A DNA stretch of 64,000 bases from an uncultured Phycisphaerales bacterium (GCA_963772725.1 CAVYYI010000001.1:832001-896000), one strand, 5' to 3'; counted from the stretch's first letter, positions 33,237 through 44,707 are shown. Program-made: numbers and translations. Notes: generated from the letters alone by a model not told the origin.

Positions 33237-33614
33237 TTATTGCTTAAGACCTGTCAGGTCGCCGCCTTTTTGCTTTAAGAGGTTGTAATAAACATCGAAT
33301 CGCTCTTTAAGGTCAGCCATTGATTTAGCCAGATTGTCCATATCTGTTTTCAGTTTGGAAGCTTTCGAACCTATCAATTCAGTAACAGGAATAGCCTTTA
33401 GCTGTGCGGCAATTTTGTCCACATCGGCCTTTTTCGCTTCGAGCATGGCCTGATATTTCATTGCCATATCCTTTAGCTGTGAGACGTCCATTTTTTCGGC
33501 CTCTGCCTTGACCTCGCCGATAGGCTTATTCACATTCACGTCAGTCTTTTTGCTGCAGCCAAACATAAAAATGGCGCATAAGGCTAACAGGCAATAAACA
33601 TTCATCTTTTTCAT
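33237..33614 (-). CDS. Coiled-coil lipoprotein
   Basis: MKK + hydrophobic stretch + MFGC lipobox; AGGAG SD. Confidence 0.8.
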   Translation of the reverse strand: MKKMNVYCLLALCAIFMFGCSKKTDVNVNKPIGEVKAEAEKMDVSQLKDMAMKYQAMLEAKKADVDKIAAQLKAIPVTELIGSKASKLKTDMDNLAKSMADLKERFDVYYNLLKQKGGDLTGLKQ

Positions 33615-33795
33615 TGTTTTTCTCCTAAATAAAATGGTTAAAGTTTCAATCATAAGATAACAAAATCATTTTGGTAACTAATATAAATATCAGCCCCACA
33701 TTTCAGTTTATATCGGAATTATACCAAAGAGCCGGAAAGATGGCAAGATATTTTATTTGAATCCGCCAATAAAAAAACAGCAGGAAAGTCACGTG

Positions 33796-34551
33796 TTATT
33801 CAAAACGGTCAAGGAGACGTAATAAACCGTCGAGAATAGTGTACGGATGAGGCGGGCAGCCTGGGATGTACAAATCGACGGGGACAAGGCTGTCTGCGCC
33901 GTTATTAGTTTCGGGATGGTTAGCATAAGGGCCGCCTGAAATTGCGCATGAGCCGACCGCGATTACGATTTTGGGAAAAGCAACGGCGTCATAAGTTTTT
34001 TTCAAGGCAAGTTTCATATTTTGGGTAACCGGGCCCGTGATGAGCAGACCATCAGCGTGTCTCGGTGAGGCGACAAACTGTATTCCAAACCTGCCCAAAT
34101 CAAAGACAAGGGTAGAAAGAACGTTGGTATCGGCTTCACAGGCGTTGCAGCCGCCAGCGCTAACCTGCCGCAATTTGAGCGAATGGCCGAAAAGTTTTCG
34201 TGCTTTTTCATCGAGTTTTTGAGCAAGTTTGAACGGCTCGTCAGTCAAAACTAAATCGTTTCTTTTTGTCGCGGCGAGGGAATATTCGCGACTAAATGCG
34301 ATAACTTTATCGGGACAGGCAAGTTCGCATTTACGGCAAAAGAGGCATTTGCCCATATCGAGATTTATTTTGCCGTCCTGTATTGAAACAGCATCGACGG
34401 GACAGGTCTGAATGCATACTGTACAATCGCCGCAATTCGCACTGCGGATGATTGGCCTGCCGATGAAGCGTTCCGGCAAAGCGGGAGGCTTGTCCGGGAA
34501 AGGATAAGTACGGTAACTCTGTTTAAGACGTGATATTATAGTATGAAACAT
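33796..34551 (-). CDS. Ehr/Hyf small subunit (NuoB-like) fused to a 2x[4Fe-4S] ferredoxin
   Basis: CGDCTVC..CP, CLFCRKC..CP, GGCNACE, SPRHAD, GSCA..GG, PGCPP. Confidence 0.9.
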   Translation of the reverse strand: MFHTIISRLKQSYRTYPFPDKPPALPERFIGRPIIRSANCGDCTVCIQTCPVDAVSIQDGKINLDMGKCLFCRKCELACPDKVIAFSREYSLAATKRNDLVLTDEPFKLAQKLDEKARKLFGHSLKLRQVSAGGCNACEADTNVLSTLVFDLGRFGIQFVASPRHADGLLITGPVTQNMKLALKKTYDAVAFPKIVIAVGSCAISGGPYANHPETNNGADSLVPVDLYIPGCPPHPYTILDGLLRLLDRFE

Positions 34552-34561
34552 AAGAGCAACC

Positions 34562-36032
34562 TCATAAATCGTGGCCACAATAAGAAAGGTTAAAACTTTT
34601 ATTGCACAGCGGAAAGTCGGAAATCTGCTGATTTCTCAAGGCAAATGCCAGGCCGAACCAGTTATGAAACGATGGGTCGATTATTTTGTAATGGCTGATT
34701 CTGCCCTGTGAGTCAGTAAGTGCGATGTGGCAGATTTCTCCTCGCCAGCCTTCGACAAGAGAAACTGCCAATTTATCCGGCGATAAAGATGGAATATTTG
34801 AAGAAATCACACCGGAGGAAAGATTTTCGAGCTGATTTTTAATAAAATTAACACTTCGCTGAATTTCGAGCCATCGAACATAGGCGCGAGCGAAAACATC
34901 GCCGGTGTCCCATGTCGAAATCGGAATCTGGCAGAACTGGTAAACGCCGCTGGGGAAATTGAATCTTGTGTCTTTTTCAAGGCCGCATGCGCGGGCGGGA
35001 ACACCTACAAGCCCCAAGTCGGCGCAATCCTGCGGCACAAGTGTCCCCGTGTCGTCAAACCTATCCATAACCGACGAGGTAGCCCAGAGGAGATTGACCG
35101 CGGAAGAAACATCGCTGAGAGCTTTATCAAGTTTGTTTTCGAGTTCGGAAATGATTGAACTATCGAGGTCATATTGTACGCCGCCGGGAGACAGGAGTCC
35201 CCTGCCGAAACGATTGCCGCAAAGTAAGGCGGTCATATTGAGGAAATCGCCTCTGATTCTGCCGCAAAAAGACGCGGTAGGCAAAAAACCAATATCGCCA
35301 GCGAGAGCGCCGAGGTCGCCGGTATGATTTGCGAGCCGTTCAATCTCGAGAGCGATACCTCTGATTGAATGAGCACGCGCAGAGACATTGCAGTTTGAAA
35401 GTGTTTCAATGAGTCTGCGAATACGCGAAGGTGTGGCCGACGGTTGTATCGCCGGCGGCGGTTTCCATATAGTGAATTACCTTTTTTTGAGGGCTGGCTA
35501 TTATAGCTCTTTCGACGCCACGATGCTGGTAGCCAAGAGATATTTCAAGATGGAAGACGTCTTCGCCGTGACATTGAAAACGAAAATGGCCTGGTTCGAT
35601 AATGCCGGCATGGACGGGACCGACAGCAACTTCGTGAACTTCAGAACCATGCAACTGGAAGAAATCTGTTACGCCCGGCTCGATGGTTTGAAACCTGATT
35701 GGTTTAAGCCATGGATGTCCCTGCGGAATTATCGAATACTGTTCAGCTATTTCGCGTTCAAACCAGTGCGCCTGGGGGCAATCAGGAGTAATTGAAGTAT
35801 AATTGTCGGTGACACTGGCGGACAAAAGCTGAAGGATTCCGTTCGAGTCATCGGCCAGAACACATATCAGTTTATATTTCCCTGATTCGGTGGGGACCGC
35901 GTAAAACGCGGCAATACGCAGGCCGTCGTGAACTTTGTCGATAACGGTCTGTCGAAATTCAGAAAGAGCGAGCAAAGGGATATTGCCGGTGCTGACAGGT
36001 TCACAGTTAAATATTTTTAGAGTCTTTGTCAT
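34562..36032 (-). CDS. Ehr/HyfG-like large subunit (NuoC+D-like) without Ni-binding CxxC motifs; frameshift near 35410
   Basis: WFEREI, VGPVHAGIIEPGHFRF, GYQHRG, EGWRGE, DPSFHNW, DFPLCNKSFNLSY. Confidence 0.88.
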
Positions 36033-37507
36033 TAGCTGCCTCCAAGAACCGCGGAAACCTCATGCAGCAGGGTATCCAACGCGGGGGGAATAAATAAGCC
36101 TAACATAAGGACTATACAGGCCAGAATTGCAGGCGGCACAATTGCCAGGAACCGCTCAGATTTTTTTTGCTGTTCGAGCGGCGCGGCGGGCGTACCCTGA
36201 GCCATTTTAAGGCAGATGGATATTATGCCTACGAAAATAACAATGAGCAAGGCCAGATAAGTGAGAGTGACATAAGGCCTGCCCTGTTCGAAGCCTGAGC
36301 GAAGAATTGTGAATTCACTTATAAACATTCCGAAAGGCGGAAAGCCTGTTATAGCCAGAATACCAGCGAACCAAAGGATGCCGGTTTTGGGCATTACCTT
36401 TAACATTCCCTGTACATCTTTGACGTTTTTTGTTTTATAGACCGTCAGAATATTTCCGGCAACCAAAAACAGGGCTGCCTTGGTCAGGGAATGATTAACC
36501 AGATGGAGCATAGAGCCGAAGACGGCGGCCTTACCGAGTCCAACGCCGAAAGAAAGTATCCCCATGTGTTCGACGCTCGAATAGGCAAGCATTCTTTTGT
36601 AGTCAGTCTGGCCGATAATGAAAACAGCGGCACAAATCATAGAGAACAAACCAAATATTATGAGCAGATTTTTGGCAAAATCAGCCAAGCCAGCGGCGTT
36701 ACAAACCTGCAATGCCCTTAAAATTCCAAGAAACGCACAATTAAGCATAGCCCCGGAAAGAAGCGAAGAAATGACGGAAGGCGCTTCGCTGTGAGCGTCC
36801 GGGAGCCAGGTGTGCAAAGGGGCAAGACCCATTTTTGTGCCATAGCCGACAAGAATAAATATAAACGCTGTTTTGACCCAGACAATATTCAGTTTGTCGG
36901 CGTTTTTAATAAGTTCGCTTACCATAAGTACGACCGGTTTGCCGCCCGGAACGGAAGCAGCGGCAGCGAGAAAAAAATTACCGAGAAGCGCAATGGCGAT
37001 ACCGACCGAACAGATGAGAAGATATTTCCACGTTGCCTCAAGGGAACGATGGTGACGGTGGAAATAAATCAATGGTGCGCTGACGAGAGTTGTCGCTTCC
37101 ATAGCGACCCACATAAGACTGAAGTGCTGGCTTAAGGTCAGGAAGGTCATTGTGCCGAGAAATGAGAGCATGCAGCAGACGAAAATCGCGTCGGGGGCGT
37201 TTGAGAATAACGCGCCTTCCTCGAAATCCTCCTTCTCACGGATTTTTTCATTTCTGAGGTATCCAATCGCGTAAAAAGCGGCGGCGAGAAAAAGCACGCT
37301 TGTAACGCTGAGAAAAAGGCGACCAGTTGAATCAAGTTCGAGCCAGCCGCTGAACAGCGGCTTTGGCGAAATAAACCATGCGGAGGTTGTCAGTATAAAA
37401 TGCGCAACGGCGGCAAAAGCTAAGATTAAGTGTCTTAATTTGTCATTTCGGATTATTAAGGCCAAAATGGCGGATACAAACGGTATAAGAAACAAACCCC
37501 AAAGCAT
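36032..37507 (-). CDS. hyfF: HyfF-like antiporter-type membrane subunit
   Basis: WVAMEATTL, SLEATWKY, GYGTKMGLAPLHTWLPDAHSEAP, KRMLAYSSVEH. Confidence 0.88.
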   Translation of the reverse strand: MLWGLFLIPFVSAILALIIRNDKLRHLILAFAAVAHFILTTSAWFISPKPLFSGWLELDSTGRLFLSVTSVLFLAAAFYAIGYLRNEKIREKEDFEEGALFSNAPDAIFVCCMLSFLGTMTFLTLSQHFSLMWVAMEATTLVSAPLIYFHRHHRSLEATWKYLLICSVGIAIALLGNFFLAAAASVPGGKPVVLMVSELIKNADKLNIVWVKTAFIFILVGYGTKMGLAPLHTWLPDAHSEAPSVISSLLSGAMLNCAFLGILRALQVCNAAGLADFAKNLLIIFGLFSMICAAVFIIGQTDYKRMLAYSSVEHMGILSFGVGLGKAAVFGSMLHLVNHSLTKAALFLVAGNILTVYKTKNVKDVQGMLKVMPKTGILWFAGILAITGFPPFGMFISEFTILRSGFEQGRPYVTLTYLALLIVIFVGIISICLKMAQGTPAAPLEQQKKSERFLAIVPPAILACIVLMLGLFIPPALDTLLHEVSAVLGGS

Positions 37508-37509
37508 CG

Positions 37510-38142
37510 CTAACTCCTTAACTTTGAAAGCTGGTCAGTGTCGATATGGTCGAACTGGCGGGATATATGGAAAATTGTTATGCCCATTACAAAAACGGCA
37601 ACGAAGGCGTCGAGCAGAATAGCCAGTTCAATTAACAGCGGCTGTTCCTGTGAGATTGCGATACCGAATGCAAAGATGCCGTTTTCGAGAATCAGATAAC
37701 CTATTACCTGTGTTAAGGCCTTTTTTCTGCTGATAATCAAAAACAGACCGACAATCAATGTGAAAAATGAGACTGGCACGATGGTTGAACTCCCTGTTAT
37801 TATCTGTAACGGCAGATTGGTACTAATCCACCATGAAAAAATAATGGCAAGCAGTCCGACAACAATAGAAAGACCGTAACCAACATACGGGTCTTTTTCG
37901 CGATTGATATTTAACTGGCCAAGCGTTCTCAGCAACATCCGCGGGAAAATAATACCTTTGACAGTTATGGTTATCACGGAAAATATCAGAAGTTCGGCAG
38001 TGAAACCTCCGACGAGCAGCGGCAAAAGGCCAAGGGCAACTCCCTGGCACGCGACAATTCTAATGCAGGCGCTTAACCTGCCGGTCGCGAGAATAACAAG
38101 ATTCGTCAGAGTCAACAGTATCATTACAAATTCAATCCACAT
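37510..38142 (-). CDS. hyfE: HyfE-like membrane subunit
   Basis: QVIGYLILENGI, ELAILLD; operon position. Confidence 0.82.
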   Translation of the reverse strand: MWIEFVMILLTLTNLVILATGRLSACIRIVACQGVALGLLPLLVGGFTAELLIFSVITITVKGIIFPRMLLRTLGQLNINREKDPYVGYGLSIVVGLLAIIFSWWISTNLPLQIITGSSTIVPVSFFTLIVGLFLIISRKKALTQVIGYLILENGIFAFGIAISQEQPLLIELAILLDAFVAVFVMGITIFHISRQFDHIDTDQLSKLRS

Positions 38143-38144
38143 TT

Positions 38145-39062
38145 TTACTTCCTTAAGACGAACACCATAGCCAGAACCGAAAAAGCGGCTGCGGCAAGAA
38201 TAAATTGCGGAACGCGCAGAAGGCGAAATCTCGCCATACATGATTCTATAATTCCTATCGTCGCGGAAACAGCGAAAATACCGATTATCGAAATCAAAAG
38301 ATTTAGCCAGATATTTATATTAAAAACAGGAATAATAATACCTATAAAAATGGAAGCGAAAACCCAGAGCTTCAACGCTGACGTGTAAAGGATAAAACCA
38401 AAATCAGGGCCGCTGTAATCGAGAACCATAACTTCATGAATCATAGTCAGTTCAAGATGTGTATTGGGGTCATCAACGGGGATACGTGAGTTTTCGGAAA
38501 GCATAATGATAAACAGAGCGGTACCGACAAAAAGTATTATCGCCAAATTGGCAAACCAGAAATCCTTTGTAACGCAGGCGAAAATATCAGACAGGCTGAA
38601 TGTTCGTGTTGCGCATGCCATCGCGGCCAGAGCCAAAAGCAAAGACGGTTCAACTAAGGCGGAAAACTGCGCTTCACGGCTTGCGCCGATACCCTCGAAG
38701 CTCGAACCGGTATCCAACGCGGCGATTATCATGAAAAAACGCATCAACGCCAAAAGATAAATTATCAGGAAAATATCACCCGCGAAAGAAATCAGGGTAT
38801 TATTATGACCGAAAGGAACCATCAGGATAATAATTAATATCGCGGCTAAAGATATCAAAGGGCTTAACCTGAAAACCCATGAAGTTGTTTGACTGTAAAC
38901 GGCGCCTTTATGGAACAGTTTCCAGAGGTCGAAATATCCCTGCAGGAGAGGCTGGCCTTTTCTGCCCGCGAAAATCGCCTTTACGCGATTGATTATCCCG
39001 AATAACAGCGGTGACAGAATCAAGGCGGCCAACGGATGAATAAATCTAATCATAATACCCAT
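38145..39062 (-). CDS. hyfC: HyfC/NuoH-like membrane subunit
   Basis: GRKGQP.LQ..DL.KL, GASRE, ENSRIPVD, ELTMIHE. Confidence 0.88.
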   Translation of the reverse strand: MGIMIRFIHPLAALILSPLLFGIINRVKAIFAGRKGQPLLQGYFDLWKLFHKGAVYSQTTSWVFRLSPLISLAAILIIILMVPFGHNNTLISFAGDIFLIIYLLALMRFFMIIAALDTGSSFEGIGASREAQFSALVEPSLLLALAAMACATRTFSLSDIFACVTKDFWFANLAIILFVGTALFIIMLSENSRIPVDDPNTHLELTMIHEVMVLDYSGPDFGFILYTSALKLWVFASIFIGIIIPVFNINIWLNLLISIIGIFAVSATIGIIESCMARFRLLRVPQFILAAAAFSVLAMVFVLRK

Positions 39063-39068
39063 AACTAT

Positions 39069-41062
39069 CTAAGCTTCCAAAATCATTAAAATTATCAAAG
39101 TTAACGCTATGTAGAGAATATAAAGCTGAACATTTCCATGCTGGAGCCACTTTAGTTTCTCGAACGTTGAACCGACAAATTTAAACAGCGGCTGAAACAT
39201 ATATTCCCGGCTGAACTCCGGAGTATGGCTTTCGAATTGTCCATTTTGCGGAAAGAAACCTCGCAAGCCTTTGAGTTTTTTCTTTGTTCGCAAAATCAGT
39301 TTAAAGGTATCCACGAGCGGCTGAGCGAAGGATGAGGCGGTATATTGCATCCTCGGCGCAGGCCGTGCGTATCCGCAATCCCATGTAACGTCAGTTTTAA
39401 CCACCCTCGAAGAGAGAATTCGTTTTCTGAGTATAACAAGCAAAACAGTCAACCCTGACAGGCAAATCGCCACTAAGGATATTTTGAATAAAATCGAACT
39501 GAAAGGAACAAGCTGCTCACCGACGGTCAAGGCATCAAGTCCTGTTATTTCAGCTATGCAATATCGCAGCGATTTTACGATAAGGGGAGCAAACAAGCCG
39601 ACAGCGACGCATGCAGCAGCAAGAAAGAGCATGGGAAGTTTCATTGCCCTGCTTACCTCATGTGCATCCGTAACACGTGAGCTTCTCGATTCGCCGAGAA
39701 AGACTATACCGTAAACCTTTGTAAAACAGGCAAGAGCCAAACCGCCTATCAACGCAAGCGACCCAATAATTAAAATGGAACCTGCCAGCAAGGGGAATTG
39801 TTTTGAAATTACGCCTTTAAATGCGCCGGAATAAATAAGGAACTCACTTATGAAACCGTTCAAAGGAGGAATGCCGCAGATTGCGACAGCGCCAATCAAA
39901 AAAGCAATCGAGGTAACAGCCATTTTTTTACCAAGACCGCCGAGTTCATCTATTTCTCTGGTATGTGTCGAAGAAATTACAGAACCGTGCCGAGGAAAAG
40001 CAGGCCTTTAAATAAACTGTGGTTTAAGACATGTAAAATCGCACCGGCAAAACCCGCGACGGCGAGCGTATTGCTGCCGTAAGTAATACCTAAAACACCA
40101 AGTCCCATGCCCATTGTAATTATACCTATATTTTCAACACTGTGATAAGCAAGCAGGCGTTTTAAATCATGCTGTGCCAATGCAAGAAGCACACCCAATA
40201 CACCCGAAACAGAGCCGATGCCTATGAGCAGCCAGCCCCACCAGCCGAGAGGAGTCGGCAGGAAGGTTAGAATTCTTATGATTCCGTATATCCCTGTCTT
40301 AATCATCACGCCTGACATCAGGGCTGAGACATGACTTGGAGCCGCCGGGTGCGCTTCAGGAAGCCAGATATGAAAAGGCACAAGACCGGCTTTAGTGCCA
40401 AAACCGATAACACTAAGAACAAATAAGATTGATGCCGTCGTTGGAACAATGGTTTTAGCCGCTGCGAATTTGTCAAAGTCTGTCGAACCGCAATAATTGG
40501 CAAACATCGCAAACATCACAAGTAAAAAGGCCGTTCCGATGTGGGTTGCGATGAGATATGTCCAGCCGGCCTGCTGAACTTCTTTATGCTGGTCTTCAAA
40601 TGTTACGAGGAAAAATGACGCCAGAGACATTATTTCCCACACGATTAAAAACAGAATAGCATTACGAGCAACGACAACCATCGCCATTGCCGCCACAAGA
40701 ACATTGAAAAAGAACAAAACACTGGAAAGAGGTTTATGTTTATACTCAAGAATGTATTTGCTGCCATAAATCGCCGCCGCGGAGGAAAGAACAAATATAC
40801 AAATGAGAAAAAAGGCGGATATGGCGTCAATTTCAACATAAAAAGAGGCGGAGATTAAAGGCCAGTCGGTACGAAAGGATGTTTTATTGCCGGTCAATAG
40901 TACCTGTGCCGCGGGGAGCAGGCAAATTAAAGAGCCTAAAACTACGCCATAAGAGGCCGCGAAAATAGAGGCTCTTTTATTAAAAACAAAAGCGCTCAAT
41001 CCCGTGATAAAAATCAGGGCAATACCAAACAAAAATAATATTACAGGTGAAAAAAATGACAT
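39069..41062 (-). CDS. hyfB: HyfB-like antiporter-type subunit; frameshift near 39985
   Basis: WEIMSL, KAGLVPFHIWLPEAHPAAPS, KRLLAYHSVEN, NHSLFKG; C-half PPLNGFISE, TWDCGY, MQYTASSF. Confidence 0.86.
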
Positions 41063-41082
41063 GAACGACTCCAGAAAAATGT

Positions 41083-41775
41083 TTACACTGATGTTTTTGC
41101 CTTTTTAATTTCTGAATCAATCCGTTCGAGATGGCCTAAAAGCACTTCTCTTGCGGCCTGTGTTTTCAAGGAATTTGTAAAATCCGCGTCGCGAAGTGCG
41201 TAACCGAGATGCGAAAGCAGATTCAGATGCGCCCTGACGGTGGGACTAACGATAGTAAAAAGGCAATAAACCGGCTGGGCATCAATGGCATCAAAATCAA
41301 CGGGCTTATCAAGAAAACACAAATTAATCATCGGCGACGGGACGTGCAGCACTATCGGGTTTCGAACATGAGGAACAGCGATTCCATCGCCAATACCGGT
41401 CGAGGCCAGGGCCTCTCTGGCAAGAAGGACGTTCAGCAGAAACTCTTTATTCACTTCAGGAGGCAGATTCATAAGTTCTACTACGCCGCGAAGGACAGAA
41501 GTTTTGTCATTGCCGCTTATGCGATAGTGAATCCCGCCCGATTTAATGGCATCAAATAAACCTGTAAGCGAGACTTTTTCGCTTTCCGGTTCACTGAAAA
41601 GTTCGACCGAAACTTTTATTTTATTCGCTGTCGCCCACTCGAGCAGTTCGGCGCGGTTAAAACGGTACTGATTATTTACCCTATAGCCGGGCAACGCATT
41701 CTGCTGAACCCAGCGATAAACCGTTTTTTCACTTACAGACAACAACTTTGAAACATCTCTAACATTAAGCTGCAT
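41083..41775 (-). CDS. Excisionase-like HTH + PTS EIIA domain regulator
   Basis: VSKLLSVSEKTVYRW..YRFNR; RE..STGIGDGIAVPH. Confidence 0.9.
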   Translation of the reverse strand: MQLNVRDVSKLLSVSEKTVYRWVQQNALPGYRVNNQYRFNRAELLEWATANKIKVSVELFSEPESEKVSLTGLFDAIKSGGIHYRISGNDKTSVLRGVVELMNLPPEVNKEFLLNVLLAREALASTGIGDGIAVPHVRNPIVLHVPSPMINLCFLDKPVDFDAIDAQPVYCLFTIVSPTVRAHLNLLSHLGYALRDADFTNSLKTQAAREVLLGHLERIDSEIKKAKTSV

Positions 41776-41957
41776 ACTAACCTCAATATCAACCTTTGTC
41801 TCATTACTTAGACAATGATGGACATATTCTTGCGATTGTCCGGTATTTGTCAAGCAAAAAATGAACTTTGTAACCGTCCGACCAAGTACATATTGTAAAT
41901 GCTGATGAGGTAGGGATAATCGTTTTTGGTTTTGAGGTTTATTTAAGGAACAAAATC

Positions 41958-42311
41958 ATGAGCGATAATGGTAAAGTCACAAAAGCGGACCAGACCGAGT
42001 TCTGGAAAATGGTTTTGGAAACATACAAATCAAGCAATCTGTCAATTCATCAATTTTGCAAACAGGAAGGTCTTCACGAATGGGCATTTTACTCTTGGCG
42101 TAGAAAGCTGGCAGGTCAGCAGCCTCAAAAATTCGTTACTCCAACAACACCAGATAATCCGGCATTTATCGAAGTTCCCGTCATACGCCCAAAGCCGCAG
42201 CCATTGGAACTTATACTAAGAAGCGGTCATATACTGAAAATACCCTCTGACATTGACCAGGGCACAATCAATAAGGTTTTCTCTGCATTAAAGGAAACAC
42301 AGTTGTGCTGA
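41958..42311 (+). CDS. tnpA: IS66 TnpA
   Basis: FCKQEGL..FYSWRRKL HTH. Confidence 0.9.
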   Translation: MSDNGKVTKADQTEFWKMVLETYKSSNLSIHQFCKQEGLHEWAFYSWRRKLAGQQPQKFVTPTTPDNPAFIEVPVIRPKPQPLELILRSGHILKIPSDIDQGTINKVFSALKETQLC

Positions 42312-42664
42312 CTTTACCCTGTTCGGTACGTATTTTTGTCTCTGTTGATCCAACTGATATGCGTTGCAGTTTCGACCGTCTGGCCGCGATGACACAAACT
42401 ATTTTAGGGCAGGACCCTTTAAGCGGTCATCTGTTTGTATTTTTCAATCGTTACCGCGACAGATGCAAGATACTATTCTGGGACAGGACGGGGTTTTGTC
42501 TATGGTACAAAAGGCTGGAAGAGGGTGTATTTCGATTGCCGCATCATTCTTCAGTAAAATGTCTTGAGATGGATTTGGCAAGGCTGACGCTGGTTCTCGA
42601 GGGCATAGACCTTTGTTCGGCACATCAGCGAAAAAGATTTTCAATTGGAAACGGCATATTTTGA
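42305..42664 (+). CDS. tnpB: IS66 TnpB accessory protein
   Basis: TDMRCSFDRL, LFVFFNR, KILFWD..GF.LWYKRLE. Confidence 0.94.
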   Translation: MLTLPCSVRIFVSVDPTDMRCSFDRLAAMTQTILGQDPLSGHLFVFFNRYRDRCKILFWDRTGFCLWYKRLEEGVFRLPHHSSVKCLEMDLARLTLVLEGIDLCSAHQRKRFSIGNGIF

Positions 42665-42792
42665 TAATCTCAAAAAAAATATTTCACTTTTTTTTGAATA
42701 TTATCATTATTTCTCTTGACATTATCCGATTATATGATATATAGGAGTCATCGTTACGGATAATGATGTAGAAAAAAGCTTTAACGGAATAA

Positions 42793-44340
42793 ATGATTAC
42801 AACAAACACACCTATTACAGAACTGCCCAGCGACGTTGAAACCCTCAGAGAGATGGTTTTAAAACTGTTGGCTAATGTTGACGACCTCAATCAGCAGCTG
42901 GCCTGGTTCAAGCGTCATGTATTCGGCAGAAGGAGCGAGAAGCTTGATCCTGCCCAGAGGCTGCTTTTTGAGGGTCTTTGTACAGAACTTGAGTTGAGGA
43001 TTGCGGCAGAACAACAAAAGGCTGATGCATGTGTTGAAACGCCGAAACCAAAGAATGCCAGTCATCATGGCAGACGTCCTTTACCTGAGGATTTACCCCG
43101 CCAGCGGATAGAGTATCATCCCCCGGAAGAGGAACTTATCTGCCCATCCTGCGGAAAAGAAAAACAGGTAATCGGCGAAGAGATAACAGAGCAGCTTGAT
43201 TATGTGCCTGCATCATTTGTTGTTCGTCAGCATGTGCGCATTAAATATGCCTGCCCTGACTGCAAAGAAAATGTATCCATAGCAGAACTTCCTGCATTTC
43301 CCATAGAAAAGGGTCGTCCCGGGACAGGACTGCTTGCTCATATAATTACCAGCAAATATACCGACCACCTCCCGCTTAATCGTCAGGAGAATATTTTCGG
43401 TCGGCATGATGTGGAAATCAGGCGTTCCACTATGTGTGACTGGGTAGGGCAATGTGCCGGTCTGCTTGAGCCTATCGCCAAAGAAATGAAGAGGCAGTTG
43501 TTAAAATCGCCTAAGATTCATACCGATGATACGACCATCCCTGTTCAGTGCAAGGATCGTAAAAGCACTTATGACGGTTATTTATGGGTATATGCCGATA
43601 TGAGTGATAATGTTGTGTTCGATTTTACACCGACACGATGTCGGGATGGGCCTATCAATTTTCTGGGGAGTTACAGCGGATATATACAGGCGGATGCATA
43701 CAAGGGTTACGACAAGCTCTTTGCCGAAGGCAGATGTACTGAGGTAGGCTGCTGGGCGCATTGCAGGCGCAAGTTTGATGAGGCTATTGAGACTGATAAG
43801 GAGCGAGCCGGGATTATGCTCGCATTGATAGGCAGTCTCTACGATGTGGAACGTGATGCAAAGAGACGTAACCTTGACGCTGACAGTATAAAGTCACTGC
43901 GTCAGGAAAAGAGTAAACCCATTCTCGAAGAGATTCGCAGAGTCATTGATAGCTGGTCGCTACAGATTTTGCCGAAGAGTCCAATTGGCAAGGCGATAAA
44001 TTATGCACTTGGTCAGTGGAAAGCATTAAACAGATATATTGAGAACGGAATCCTTTCGATAGATAATAATCTTTCAGAACGGATTTTAAGAATGGTTGTT
44101 CTCGGGCGTAAAAACTGGCTGTTTGCCGGCAATGAGAACGGAGCCCAAAGGGCAGCGACCATATACAGTCTGGTTGCAAGCTGCAAACTAAGTGATATTG
44201 ACCCATTCGTATATTTCAGGGATGTTCTTGAACGTGTCAGCACGCACCCCAACAGCCGGATTGCCGAACTGACACCTCCAAACTGGAAAAAGCTGTATTT
44301 CAAATCTGTCACAGAAGCAAACCCAACTCAAAACAACTAA
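42793..44340 (+). CDS. tnpC: IS66 TnpC transposase
   Basis: FGRRSEK, Zn finger, HTDDT, DAYKGY, CWAHCRRKF, DNNLSER, GRKNWLF. Confidence 0.95.
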   Translation: MITTNTPITELPSDVETLREMVLKLLANVDDLNQQLAWFKRHVFGRRSEKLDPAQRLLFEGLCTELELRIAAEQQKADACVETPKPKNASHHGRRPLPEDLPRQRIEYHPPEEELICPSCGKEKQVIGEEITEQLDYVPASFVVRQHVRIKYACPDCKENVSIAELPAFPIEKGRPGTGLLAHIITSKYTDHLPLNRQENIFGRHDVEIRRSTMCDWVGQCAGLLEPIAKEMKRQLLKSPKIHTDDTTIPVQCKDRKSTYDGYLWVYADMSDNVVFDFTPTRCRDGPINFLGSYSGYIQADAYKGYDKLFAEGRCTEVGCWAHCRRKFDEAIETDKERAGIMLALIGSLYDVERDAKRRNLDADSIKSLRQEKSKPILEEIRRVIDSWSLQILPKSPIGKAINYALGQWKALNRYIENGILSIDNNLSERILRMVVLGRKNWLFAGNENGAQRAATIYSLVASCKLSDIDPFVYFRDVLERVSTHPNSRIAELTPPNWKKLYFKSVTEANPTQNN

Positions 44341-44619
44341 ACGACAGCCCCATTCTTCGTAAAAATAAATTTCACTTGTGTACTATCCGCAACCTGTAGT
44401 TGGTCGGACGGTTACTGAACTTTTGTAAAAATGGGAATTTGATGGCAAGCTTTGGCTTGCGGGATTGACTGCTTTTACTCGATATTCGAGGTTTATTTCT
44501 TTTGGCTGATTTTTAAGGGTGGTTTGTGGTTTATATTAGGCTGCGATTAAAAGCCATTGACTTAATTGGCCATCGGTTTGCTTTTGGCGCAGCTCGATAA
44601 TATAGTTTCTTACGATGCC

Positions 44620-44707
44620 CGTTAAGGGTTATAATACTCCTCAAAAATCGGCACAACTTACACCAAATACAAGGACAAAATTGGTCTTGACAATGGGTAG
44701 GGGTTCA
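44620..44707 (+). mobile_element. Possible IS3-family right-end remnant
   Basis: GYNTP-like codons, then GGTCTTGACAATGGGTAGGGGTTCA ending in CA; inverted-related to 51184-51200. Confidence 0.45.

Larger units (their letters stand above)
41870..44415 (+). mobile_element. IS66 family element, copy A (tnpA-tnpB-tnpC)
   Basis: Ends GTAACCGTCCGACCAA / TTGGTCGGACGGTTAC; 8-bp TSD TGAACTTT (41862-41869, 44416-44423). Confidence 0.97.

Noticed and set aside
34562..36032. Functional [NiFe] hydrogenase 4 / formate hydrogenlyase
   Set aside because: Both Ni-binding CxxC motifs are missing and no fdh or hyp genes are adjacent.
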